Origin: a virus
Lineage: Duplodnaviria; Caudoviricetes
Reading direction: 5' to 3' (one strand)
Virus record (IMG/VR): IMGVR_UViG_3300027782_002369
Span: 1 to 58,266 of that record
DNA length: 58,266 nucleotides
The notes beneath the pieces are model-generated. The model was not told the DNA's origin, did not search any database, and saw nothing but the letters and a program-made list of their open reading frames with translations. The translations under genes and the position numbers were made by a program. Of the stretch, positions 1 through 8,901 are shown piece by piece (position 1 is the stretch's first letter; every line of letters starts with the position of its first letter).

Positions 1-507
1 ACTCTTAGAAAAGAAGTAGACCGTTACACAGAAGAATACATCAATAAGCATCGTGCTTTTGGTGAATTAGGCCATCCAGAAACACCATCCATTAATTTGG
101 ATCGTGTATCACATATGATTACTTCTCTAAAAGAAGATGGTAATGTATGGGTTGGTAAAGCAAAGATTTTAGATACACCAATGGGATTGATTGCCAGAAG
201 CCTTATCGAAGGTGGCGCTCAATTAGGTGTGTCATCAAGAGGTATGGGCTCATTGAAAAACGTTAACGGTGTTAATGTTGTTCAGCCCGATTTCTATCTA
301 GCCACAGCGGCAGATATTGTAGCAGATCCTTCTGCACCTGGTGCGTTTGTACAAGGTATCATGGAAGGTAAAGAATGGATGTTAGTCAATGGTGTATGGA
401 CAGAACAAGACCAATCTCAGGCGATTCAACAGATTCGTCAGGCTTCACGCCGTGAGATTGAAGAAGTAAGTCTGCACATTTTTGAAAACTTCATGAAAAA
501 ACTTTAA
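1..507 (+). CDS. gp21: Prohead core protease gp21 (5' partial)
   Basis: Frame is open from base 1: RAFGELGHP...INLDRVSH...LGVSSRGMGS...DIVADPSAP, T4 gp21 motifs; precedes gp22/gp23. Confidence 0.95.
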   Translation, partial: TLRKEVDRYTEEYINKHRAFGELGHPETPSINLDRVSHMITSLKEDGNVWVGKAKILDTPMGLIARSLIEGGAQLGVSSRGMGSLKNVNGVNVVQPDFYLATAADIVADPSAPGAFVQGIMEGKEWMLVNGVWTEQDQSQAIQQIRQASRREIEEVSLHIFENFMKKL

Positions 508-508
508 A

Positions 509-516
509 TATAAATA
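509..516 (+). promoter_or_regulatory. T4-type late promoter TATAAATA
   Basis: Exact TATAAATA upstream of gp22; gp55 is encoded in the window. Confidence 0.85.
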
Positions 517-544
517 TCCAATATAAATCAAGGAGATTTTTAAA

Positions 545-1801
545 ATGGCAAAATTTAATCTGTCCGAAGCCGCTAAGCAAGTTCTAGTTGGTGAAGGTTC
601 CAAAGAAACGTTTGATTCAAACATTTCATCTAAGCGCTCTGGCCAAAATGGTCCATCCAAGTTACCAACTTCTGTTGGTTACGGCATGAAAGACGCTGGT
701 AAGATTGGTGATTCACCAAACTCTACAAAAGATGAATTACCTGATTACACAAAAGGCGCACCAACAGCAACGGCTCCAGGTGCTACACCTCCAGTAGGTT
801 CTGAGCCAATGAAAAAATTGGCATCACAACCACAAAACGATAAGAATGGTGACCAGCCTGATGTTCAAGGTGGTGAAGATTCTTACGAAACTATTCGTGA
901 CCGTAAACCTGGTACAAAGCCAAAACAAACTATGCAAGCAAACAAAGGTGCCACATTCCAATCTTATGGCGAAGAAGCTGAAGTAGAAGGCGACTTAGTT
1001 GAGGAAGAAAAAGAAGAAGGCCACGAAGATGTTGTTCAAGACAAAGCAATGATTAAGAAAATGCTTAAGAAAGAAAAAATGAAAGAAGATTTAGATGCTC
1101 TTTTAGGTGGCGAAAACCTATCCGAAGAATTTGTAACCAAAGCTTCTACAATTTTTGAAGCTGCCGTTATTGCTCGTGCTGAAGAAGTTATTGCTGAAGC
1201 CGAAGTTGCTCTACAAGAACAGTTTGAAACTGCTGTAGAAGAAATTAAAGAAGATTTGGCTGCTAAGGTTGATGACTATCTAAACTACATGGTTGAGGAG
1301 TGGATGAAAGAAAACGCTCTGGCAATCGAAAAAGGTCTCCGTGCTGAAATTGTGGAAGACTTTATTACAGGACTTAAAGGTTTGTTTGAAGAGCATTACA
1401 TCGATATCCCTGAAGAAAAAGTTCAAGTTGTAGAAGAACTTACTTCTAAAGTGGAAGAACTAGAAGATGCTTTGAACGAACAAATTGCTCGTGGCATTGA
1501 ACTCACAAAGTCTTTGAACGAACAGAAAAAAATTGAGGCTATCTACACAGCGTGTGAAGGCCTGACTCAAACTCAAGTAGAAAAATTAAAATCGCTCGCA
1601 GAGGGTGTGGAATTCACTACTGAGGAAGAATTTGTAGCTAAGGTTGATGTTTTAAAAGAATCATATTTTAAAGCAGATGTCGTAGTTGCAGACAATTCAG
1701 CTCTTGATGAAGTTCTAGTTGAAGAAGAAAAGAAACAAGTTTACGCTGATCCTTCAATGGAAGTTTACACAAAAGCAATTTCACAAACTCTGGCTAAGTA
1801 A
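545..1801 (+). CDS. gp22: Prohead core scaffold protein gp22
   Basis: Acidic coiled coil, KVDDYLNYMVEEWMKEN..AIEKGLR motif, position between gp21 and gp23, AAGGAG RBS. Confidence 0.93.
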   Translation: MAKFNLSEAAKQVLVGEGSKETFDSNISSKRSGQNGPSKLPTSVGYGMKDAGKIGDSPNSTKDELPDYTKGAPTATAPGATPPVGSEPMKKLASQPQNDKNGDQPDVQGGEDSYETIRDRKPGTKPKQTMQANKGATFQSYGEEAEVEGDLVEEEKEEGHEDVVQDKAMIKKMLKKEKMKEDLDALLGGENLSEEFVTKASTIFEAAVIARAEEVIAEAEVALQEQFETAVEEIKEDLAAKVDDYLNYMVEEWMKENALAIEKGLRAEIVEDFITGLKGLFEEHYIDIPEEKVQVVEELTSKVEELEDALNEQIARGIELTKSLNEQKKIEAIYTACEGLTQTQVEKLKSLAEGVEFTTEEEFVAKVDVLKESYFKADVVVADNSALDEVLVEEEKKQVYADPSMEVYTKAISQTLAK

Positions 1802-1832
1802 TTAGCTTTAATACATACAAAAGGATAATAAA

Positions 1833-3173
1833 ATGTATTTGACAGAAGAACTACAAAAAAAATGGCAGCCAGTTCTGGAGCATCCAGAATTAGAAGCCAT
1901 CACAGACCCATACAAGCGCTCAGTTACAGCTCTTGTTTTGGAGAACCAACAACAAGCTATGGCTCAAGACCGTCAAGCTTTGAACGAAACAACTTATAGC
2001 GCTGGTGCAACCAACGTTACTGGTTCTGGTGTTCAAAACTTTGATCCAATTTTGATCTCTTTGGTACGCCGTGCTTTGCCTAATCTAATCGCTTATGACG
2101 TTGCTGGTGTTCAGCCAATGACAGGTCCTACAGGTTTGATTTTTGCAATGCGTGCTCGTTACACAGACCAAAATGGTTCTGAGGCATTCTTCAACGAAGC
2201 CAACACAGCATTCTCTGGTACATTCTCTGAGAATAACCCATATGGTTTCAAAGGTACCCGTGCAACTGACATCGCTAATCAATTCCAAAACCCAACAGGT
2301 AATACAACTACCTCTGGTATCGGAATGCCTACAGCTAACGCTGAATTTTTAGGTATTAATGATGACAGCCGTGTGTTCCAACAAATGGCCTTCTCTATTG
2401 AGAAAGTTACTGTAACTGCTCAAAGCCGTGCTTTGAAAGCTGAATACAGTTTAGAACTTGCTCAAGATTTGAAAGCAATCCATGGTCTTGACGCTGAAAC
2501 AGAATTGTCAAACATTCTGTCTACAGAAATCTTGGCTGAAATCAACCGTGAAGTTATTCGTACAATCTACACCTGTGCCGTTCCTGGTGCTCAGTATGGT
2601 ACAACTACCGCTGGTTATTTTGACTTAGATACAGACTCTAACGGTCGTTGGTCAGTTGAGCGTTTCAAAGGTTTGATTTTCCAAATCGAGCGTGATGCTA
2701 ACGTAATTGCTAAGCAGACTCGCCGTGGAAAAGGTAACGTATTGATTGTATCTTCAGACGTAGCATCTGCAATGGCTATGGCTGGTGTACTTCAGTATAC
2801 TCCTGCTCTTCAAGCTGACCTCCAAGTTGACGATACAGGCAATACATTTGCTGGTATGTTACATGGTCGTATCAAGGTATACATTGACCCATACTTTGGT
2901 GGCTACACAAGTAACCAAGAGTTGGTTACAATTGGTTACAAAGGTACAAGTCCGTATGACGCTGGTTTGTTCTATTGCCCATACGTTCCTCTCCAAATGG
3001 TTCGTGCTGTTGACCAGTACACATTCCAACCTAAGATTGGCTTTAAGACACGTTATGGAATGGTTGCTAACCCATTCGCACAAGGCGCTAATATTCCTGG
3101 TGCAGATAATGGCAAATTGTTGGCTCGTACCAACGTTTACTATCGTTTGTTTGGTGTTAAGAACCTCATGTAA
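1833..3173 (+). CDS. gp23: Major capsid protein gp23
   Basis: GVQPMTGPTGLIFAMR, SRALKAEYSLELAQDLKAIHGLDAE, FQPKIGFKTRYG. Confidence 0.99.
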   Translation: MYLTEELQKKWQPVLEHPELEAITDPYKRSVTALVLENQQQAMAQDRQALNETTYSAGATNVTGSGVQNFDPILISLVRRALPNLIAYDVAGVQPMTGPTGLIFAMRARYTDQNGSEAFFNEANTAFSGTFSENNPYGFKGTRATDIANQFQNPTGNTTTSGIGMPTANAEFLGINDDSRVFQQMAFSIEKVTVTAQSRALKAEYSLELAQDLKAIHGLDAETELSNILSTEILAEINREVIRTIYTCAVPGAQYGTTTAGYFDLDTDSNGRWSVERFKGLIFQIERDANVIAKQTRRGKGNVLIVSSDVASAMAMAGVLQYTPALQADLQVDDTGNTFAGMLHGRIKVYIDPYFGGYTSNQELVTIGYKGTSPYDAGLFYCPYVPLQMVRAVDQYTFQPKIGFKTRYGMVANPFAQGANIPGADNGKLLARTNVYYRLFGVKNLM

Positions 3174-3207
3174 TAGTAATAAAAAAAATCACCTCAGAGT
3201 GATATTT

Positions 3208-3237
3208 CAAAGACCACCTTCGGGTGGTCTTTTTTTT
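3208..3237 (+). terminator. Rho-independent terminator after gp23
   Basis: AAAGACCACC-TTCG-GGTGGTCTTT plus T run; C(UUCG)G tetraloop. Confidence 0.93.
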
Positions 3238-3241
3238 GTCA

Positions 3242-3249
3242 TATAAATA
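3242..3249 (+). promoter_or_regulatory. Late promoter TATAAATA
   Basis: Exact match just after the gp23 terminator, upstream of the methyltransferase. Confidence 0.8.
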
Positions 3250-3287
3250 GTAATAGTATTTTTTATTATTTTGAAAAGGAAGTTATT

Positions 3288-3941
3288 ATGTTTACTGATC
3301 CATATTATTTTAAGCCATATGCCGAATGGTTAGCCAGTTCAGATATTTTTGAAAGAGAAAGTTCTTCTGGTTTTATTAAAATCTTAAATGCTCTTGACCG
3401 TGATATTGTTGCCGCAGAAGTCGGTGTTGCTTTTGGTACAAATATGTTTCACATGATGGAAAAAGTTCCAAAGATTACCAAATATTATGCCGTTGACCAA
3501 TGGGACGAATACAAAGATTATTCAGATGATTGTCCTTGGGGTCATATGGATGGTGGAATGATGAAAGGTGTTGGTGAAACATTTTTAGATAAGTTGAATA
3601 GTCCTGATAATAAAAATACAGATAAAGTGGTTTTAATTAAAAAATCTTCAGATGAAGGTCATCAATTTATTGAGAATGAATCATTGGATTGGATTTTTAT
3701 TGATGCAAATCATTCACACAAGTCCGTATACCAAGATTGTATGAACTACTGGCCTAAAGTTAAAAAAGGTGGTATTTTCTCTGGTCACGATTGGTTCACA
3801 GATGACCGTGGAGTAAACACCGTAAGAAACGGAATCTACCAATTCTGTGAAAAAATGGGTATTGATAAAGATTCCATTATTTCTTTAAGAGATGATCCAG
3901 ACCACCATGTTAATGAAGGTTGTTGGATGATCCAGAAGTAA
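3288..3941 (+). CDS. Class I SAM-dependent methyltransferase (Methyltransf_24-like)
   Basis: AEVGVAFG motif I; LDWIFIDANHSH; KVKKGGIFSGHDW. Confidence 0.88.
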   Translation: MFTDPYYFKPYAEWLASSDIFERESSSGFIKILNALDRDIVAAEVGVAFGTNMFHMMEKVPKITKYYAVDQWDEYKDYSDDCPWGHMDGGMMKGVGETFLDKLNSPDNKNTDKVVLIKKSSDEGHQFIENESLDWIFIDANHSHKSVYQDCMNYWPKVKKGGIFSGHDWFTDDRGVNTVRNGIYQFCEKMGIDKDSIISLRDDPDHHVNEGCWMIQK

Positions 3942-3954
3942 CCTAAATACTAGT

Positions 3955-4485
3955 ATGACAGCAATCACCAGAATTCCTCAAAACACCAACTATCTACAAC
4001 CAACAAAATACCTGTTGACTTTTGATAGGATTGGTTCTGTTCAATACTTCTGCCAAGCGGTAAACATACCAGGGGTAAGTATAGGACAGGCTCCAATCTC
4101 TACACCAAGTGCAGACATATATGCACCTGGTAATAAGCTTTCTTACAACCAGTTAAACATTGATTTTGCGGTTGATGAGAAGCTGGACAGTTGGCGCCAA
4201 CTCCATGATTGGTTCCGTTCCATCGCAGCACCAGAGAGTTTTTCTGAAAGAAAAAGGTTAACTGATGTACAGAACCAATACAGGTCTGGCGGATTAAAGA
4301 ATTATGGTGATGCCACATTGACTGTATTAAACAATTTAAACAATCCAACACTTAGGGTAAAGTTTGTAAATGCTTTCCCTATCTCCCTATCAGACATTCA
4401 GTTTGATACCAAAATGACGGCCGATGACATTGTATATGCTAGTGCCAGCTTTATTTTTGATTACCACTTATTTGAAGCATTATAG
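3955..4485 (+). CDS. gp3: Tail tube terminator / tail completion protein gp3-like
   Basis: YFCQAVNIPGVSIG, DATLTVLN, FVNAFPISLSDIQFD; gp23-gp3-uvsY-uvsW synteny. Confidence 0.85.
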   Translation: MTAITRIPQNTNYLQPTKYLLTFDRIGSVQYFCQAVNIPGVSIGQAPISTPSADIYAPGNKLSYNQLNIDFAVDEKLDSWRQLHDWFRSIAAPESFSERKRLTDVQNQYRSGGLKNYGDATLTVLNNLNNPTLRVKFVNAFPISLSDIQFDTKMTADDIVYASASFIFDYHLFEAL

Positions 4486-4486
4486 C

Positions 4487-4516
4487 TTGACAAGTAAACT
4501 AATAATGTAGTATCCT
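4487..4516 (+). promoter_or_regulatory. sigma70-type promoter for uvsY
   Basis: TTGACA-N18-TATCCT. Confidence 0.55.
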
Positions 4517-4546
4517 ATGGTTTTATAAACCTTTTTTGAATATATT

Positions 4547-4981
4547 ATGGAAAATTTAGAACAAATATTAAAGTATTGGGAATCAGATACCGACATTGAC
4601 CAAACCGAACCCGGTAAGGAGATGTTAAAGATTCCTAAACTACACAACAAATATCTCTCCATTCTTACCAAACATAAGATTGCTTCCAAAAAAGCACACT
4701 TTGATTATCAGCGTATGCGCAAGGTAAAAATTGAGTATTATTCTGGTCGTATGGACCAAGAAGAACTTGATGCTCGTGGATGGACACCATTTCAATTCGT
4801 ATTAAAATCGGATATCAATGCCTACTTAGAAGGTGATGATGACATGATTAAAATGTTAGAGAAGAAAGTATACCATGAAGAAACGGTATCTGTACTTGAA
4901 TCCATTTTAAATGAACTGAAACAAAGAACATGGCAATTAAGAGAATTTATATCATGGGAGAGATTTATTGGCGGTCAATGA
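4547..4981 (+). CDS. uvsY: Recombination mediator UvsY
   Basis: KIPKLHNKYL, EYYSG, RTWQLREFISWERF; upstream of uvsW. Confidence 0.92.
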   Translation: MENLEQILKYWESDTDIDQTEPGKEMLKIPKLHNKYLSILTKHKIASKKAHFDYQRMRKVKIEYYSGRMDQEELDARGWTPFQFVLKSDINAYLEGDDDMIKMLEKKVYHEETVSVLESILNELKQRTWQLREFISWERFIGGQ

Positions 4982-6464
4982 TATAGTAATCTCCAAAAAA
5001 AATGAAGTGTATGCCAAGATAACTTGTGAAAAACACATAGCACAAGAGTTGTCGGAGTTTTTCACATTCTTTGTTCCTGGCTACCAGTTTGTTCCTGCTT
5101 ATCGTAATAGAATTTGGGATGGAAAGATAAGATTATATAATCTACAAACAAGCCAATTGTATCTTGGTTTGTTGGATTATGTTAGAGAGTTCTGTGAATC
5201 ACGGGATTACACATGTGAATATGAAAACAATTTGGATACGGAAGATGAGTACTCAGTATATCATGCAAAGAAGTTTATCGAACAAATTAACCCACATGCT
5301 CGTGGTGAACCAATTGAGGTTAGAGAACACCAGATTAATGCCTTTGTTCATGCAATGCAGAAGCGCCGAGCGTTACTTTTATCTCCAACAGCTTCAGGTA
5401 AATCACTCATCATCTACCTCATCTTCAGGCAACTTTGGCAATACCAAGATTTAAAAGGACTTGTTATTGTTCCAACCACTTCTTTGGTTGAACAGTTATT
5501 CTCAGACTTTGGTGATTATAATGATGGTAGTATGGAAGAACACATACACCGTATCTATCAAGGCAAAGATAAAAACACCGACAAACCGTTGACAATATCC
5601 ACTTGGCAGTCTTTGTATAAAATGCCAAAAGAATATTTTGAACAGTTTGATTATGTCATTGGTGATGAGGCACATAACTTTAAAGCACAGTCTTTAACCA
5701 CAATCCTTACATCTTGTGTCAATGCCAAATACCGTATTGGTCTTACAGGTACATTAGATGGAACTAAAACTCATAAACTAGTATTAGAAGGTTTATTCGG
5801 TTCTATAAAAAAAGTTATTACCACAAAAGAATTAATTGATAAAGACCAGCTGTCCAACTTTGAAATTAAATGTCTTGTATTAAAACATACCGATGAAGAA
5901 TGTTTGTTCGTAAAAGATAAAACTTATGCTGAAGAAATTCAGTATCTAATATCACATGAAATTCGTAATAAATTCATTAAGAATCTTACAGTTAGCTTAG
6001 GTAAAAATACACTTGTTTTATATCAAATGGTTGACAAGCATGGCAAAATACTGTATGATATGATAAAGGATACAGAGAAAATTGGCAACAGAAAAGTTTT
6101 CTTTATTCATGGTGGTGTTGATACAACAGACCGTGAAGATATTAGAAAAATTATGGAGATAGAACAAGATGCTATTATTGTGGCTAGTTTTGGGACTTTT
6201 TCTACTGGAATTAATATTAGGAACCTGCATAACATTATATTTGCAATGCCAACAAAATCGAGCATTCGAACTTTGCAAAGTATTGGACGAGGCTTACGAC
6301 AGAATGAAGGCAAAGAAATAGCAACTTTGTATGATATATCTGATGATCTTAGATATAAAAAACATATGAATTATACTTTGAAACACTTTGTGGATAGGAC
6401 AAAGATATATAATGAGGAGAAGTTCCCATTCAAAATCTATAAGATAGGACTAAAAAATGGATAA
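4968..6464 (+). CDS. uvsW: SF2 DNA/RNA helicase UvsW
   Basis: WDGKIRL, SPTASGKS, GDEAH, GLTGT, LQSIGRGLR. Confidence 0.97.
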   Translation: MAVNDIVISKKNEVYAKITCEKHIAQELSEFFTFFVPGYQFVPAYRNRIWDGKIRLYNLQTSQLYLGLLDYVREFCESRDYTCEYENNLDTEDEYSVYHAKKFIEQINPHARGEPIEVREHQINAFVHAMQKRRALLLSPTASGKSLIIYLIFRQLWQYQDLKGLVIVPTTSLVEQLFSDFGDYNDGSMEEHIHRIYQGKDKNTDKPLTISTWQSLYKMPKEYFEQFDYVIGDEAHNFKAQSLTTILTSCVNAKYRIGLTGTLDGTKTHKLVLEGLFGSIKKVITTKELIDKDQLSNFEIKCLVLKHTDEECLFVKDKTYAEEIQYLISHEIRNKFIKNLTVSLGKNTLVLYQMVDKHGKILYDMIKDTEKIGNRKVFFIHGGVDTTDREDIRKIMEIEQDAIIVASFGTFSTGINIRNLHNIIFAMPTKSSIRTLQSIGRGLRQNEGKEIATLYDISDDLRYKKHMNYTLKHFVDRTKIYNEEKFPFKIYKIGLKNG

Positions 6465-6837
6465 TATTAGAATAGTCAAATTACAGAATGGTGAAGATTT
6501 AGTAGGTACATTAACAACCAATGAATATGGCAATTACAAACTGGAAGAGCCTATGTCTTTTGAAATTGATTTTCGTAACAATTCCTCTGGATTAATTATG
6601 AGGCATTGGTTACCGGTACAACTGATTAAAAAAAATGAAATTGAATTAACACATAAAGATATAATAGCCGTATTAGAACCAGCAGAAGATTTCTGTGAAT
6701 ATTATTGTAATACTGTGGAAAAGATTAAAACATTGTTGGCAGCAAAGAACGCCATTGATGATTTAGATGATGATGAAATACAGGAAATGATAAATGAATT
6801 TGAAGAACTTAGGAATAATGGAGATACAATCCATTAA
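6457..6837 (+). CDS. Conserved T4-like hypothetical protein (Sm-like fold likely)
   Basis: IVKLQNGEDLVG...W motif; sits between uvsW and gp55. Confidence 0.7.
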   Translation: MDNIRIVKLQNGEDLVGTLTTNEYGNYKLEEPMSFEIDFRNNSSGLIMRHWLPVQLIKKNEIELTHKDIIAVLEPAEDFCEYYCNTVEKIKTLLAAKNAIDDLDDDEIQEMINEFEELRNNGDTIH

Positions 6838-6908
6838 TACTTTCAACCAAGGACATACTCGACTTTATACTATTGTCAAGCGTTTGTCAATAACATTATG
6901 TGGTAAAC

Positions 6909-7445
6909 ATGGCTACTAAACAAAAACATTATATAAACAATGCCGATTTTCTACAGGCTCTAGTTGACTATCAAGATGGTTGTAAAGAGGCAAAGAAGAA
7001 TAAAACAGAACCTCCTCCTATTCCTAATTACATAGGAGAATGCTTTATGAAGATTGCTGAAGGTTTGTCACACAAACCTAACTTCATTAATTATACCTAT
7101 CGTGATGAAATGATGTCAGATGGTATTGAAAACTGTTTAATGTATTTTGGTAACTTTGATGCTACCAAATCCAAGAATCCATTTGCCTATTTTACTCAAA
7201 TTATCTACTATGCCTTTTTACGAAGAATCCAAAAAGAAAAGAAACAAACTTATGTGAAGTATAAAGCTACTGAACAAATGGGTATATTAGATGAAATGGA
7301 ATTATTAGAATTTGAAGATGGTACCACCAAACAATTTGAACTCTATGATAATATTGCCGAATTTATTGAAACATATGAGGACGCCAAGAAGGCTAAAAAA
7401 GAGGTAAACAAACCAAAAGGCCTTGAAAAGTTTTTAGGAGAATGA
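6909..7445 (+). CDS. gp55: Late-transcription sigma factor gp55
   Basis: HYINNADF, YIGECFMKIAEGLSHKPNFINYTY, NPFAYFTQIIYYAFLRRIQKEK; ATG at 6909. Confidence 0.96.
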   Translation: MATKQKHYINNADFLQALVDYQDGCKEAKKNKTEPPPIPNYIGECFMKIAEGLSHKPNFINYTYRDEMMSDGIENCLMYFGNFDATKSKNPFAYFTQIIYYAFLRRIQKEKKQTYVKYKATEQMGILDEMELLEFEDGTTKQFELYDNIAEFIETYEDAKKAKKEVNKPKGLEKFLGE

Positions 7446-7451
7446 TATAAT
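7423..7451 (+). promoter_or_regulatory. sigma70-type promoter upstream of gp47
   Basis: TTGAAA-N17-TATAAT with extended -10 TG. Confidence 0.6.
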
Positions 7452-7611
7452 GTATAAAGTTAATTATACCTTGAGTGGAGGAAGCTTAAGGTTTAAAGTA
7501 TTTGAAACACTACATGAGGCAACCGTGTTTGCCAACGAACAACCACTTGAATCAGTATTAGAAATTAAATATTATAATGACGTTGACAACAAAAAACCAG
7601 ACCGAAACTAA
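7450..7611 (+). CDS. Small hypothetical protein (53 aa), not in ORF track
   Basis: MYKVNYTLSGGSLRFKVFETLHEATVFANEQPLESVLEIKYYNDVDNKKPDRN; AGGAG upstream; fills the gp55-gp47 gap. Confidence 0.6.
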   Translation: MYKVNYTLSGGSLRFKVFETLHEATVFANEQPLESVLEIKYYNDVDNKKPDRN

Positions 7612-8683
7612 AGTAGCAATTATTACCGACCAGCACTTTGGTGCTCGTAATGATTCAATCCATTTTTTAGATTATTATGAGAAGTTCTATAAGGATACAT
7701 TTTTTCCTACTATTGACAATGCTGGTATTAATACTGTTCTCATCCTTGGTGACACTTTTGATCGCCGCAAATATATAAACTTTTATTCTTTAAAACGTGC
7801 CAAAGAAATGTTCTTTGATGAGTTGGCCAAAAGGAACATTCAAGTCCATATGCTGGCAGGTAACCACGATACTTATTTTAAGAATACAAACAATGTTAAT
7901 TCAGTAGACCTACTACTAAAAGAATATACTAATATTAATGTAATCGATAAACCAACCACAATTTGGTTGAATGATGAAAAATATCCTATTTGTATGATAC
8001 CTTGGATTTGTCCAGAAAATTATGATGATAGTATGTTTGTGTTATCCGACACCGATTCAAGTATTTGTATGGGACATCTTGAAATTTCTGGCTTTGCCAT
8101 GAATCGTGGTATACCAAACTATGAAGGATTGGATCGTGGAATATTTAAAAAATTTGATATTGTTTTTTCAGGTCACTATCACCATCGTTCAAATCAAGAT
8201 AATATCCGTTATCTTGGTAATCCTTACGAACTCACCTGGCAGGATTATAATGATCCGAGGGGCTTTCATTTGTTTGATATTGATACTCTTGATTTGGAAT
8301 TTATCGAGAACCCAAACGTAATGTTTCATCGTATTACCTATGATGATAAAGAAAATAGTATTACCGAAATTACCAGTAAAGATTTAAGCAAGTATACCGG
8401 AACATATGTTAAGGTAGTGGTACTCAACAAAACTAACCCCTATCTGTTTGATAAGTTCATGAGTAACTTATATGATGTAAATCCAGTTGATGTTACCATT
8501 GCCGAAGATATGATTGACTTGACAGAAGGTCTGGATGATGATATAGTTAACCAAGCAGAAGATACTATTTCAATCATTAACAAGTTTGTGGATGGTATTA
8601 AAGAAGAACATATTAATAATGATAAACTCAAATCGGTTCTCAAAGAACTTTACATTGAGGCATTGAATCAGGAGCAAGCATGA
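7577..8683 (+). CDS. gp47: Recombination endonuclease subunit gp47 (Mre11/SbcD-like)
   Basis: ITDQHFG, LGDTFD, GNHD, SGHYH metallophosphoesterase motifs. Confidence 0.96.
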   Translation: MTLTTKNQTETKVAIITDQHFGARNDSIHFLDYYEKFYKDTFFPTIDNAGINTVLILGDTFDRRKYINFYSLKRAKEMFFDELAKRNIQVHMLAGNHDTYFKNTNNVNSVDLLLKEYTNINVIDKPTTIWLNDEKYPICMIPWICPENYDDSMFVLSDTDSSICMGHLEISGFAMNRGIPNYEGLDRGIFKKFDIVFSGHYHHRSNQDNIRYLGNPYELTWQDYNDPRGFHLFDIDTLDLEFIENPNVMFHRITYDDKENSITEITSKDLSKYTGTYVKVVVLNKTNPYLFDKFMSNLYDVNPVDVTIAEDMIDLTEGLDDDIVNQAEDTISIINKFVDGIKEEHINNDKLKSVLKELYIEALNQEQA

Positions 8684-8901
8684 AGAATAAAATTAAAGAG
8701 TTGGTTGAAAGGTCTGGATTACACATTGCGTATGATAATCGTGAAGTGACCGATAAAGAAATTGAATACTTTGCAGAACTAATTATTAATACCTGTATGG
8801 ATGCCGCTAGAAAATATACACTAGACCATTCAGGACTCGATAAATCTTATGATGGTAAAGTTCTGGTATGTGAAGCAATCAAAGACCACTTTAATAAATG
8901 A
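8680..8901 (+). CDS. Hypothetical protein
   Basis: ATGA overlaps with gp47 and gp46; IEYFAELII motif common in small phage proteins. Confidence 0.7.
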   Translation: MKNKIKELVERSGLHIAYDNREVTDKEIEYFAELIINTCMDAARKYTLDHSGLDKSYDGKVLVCEAIKDHFNK

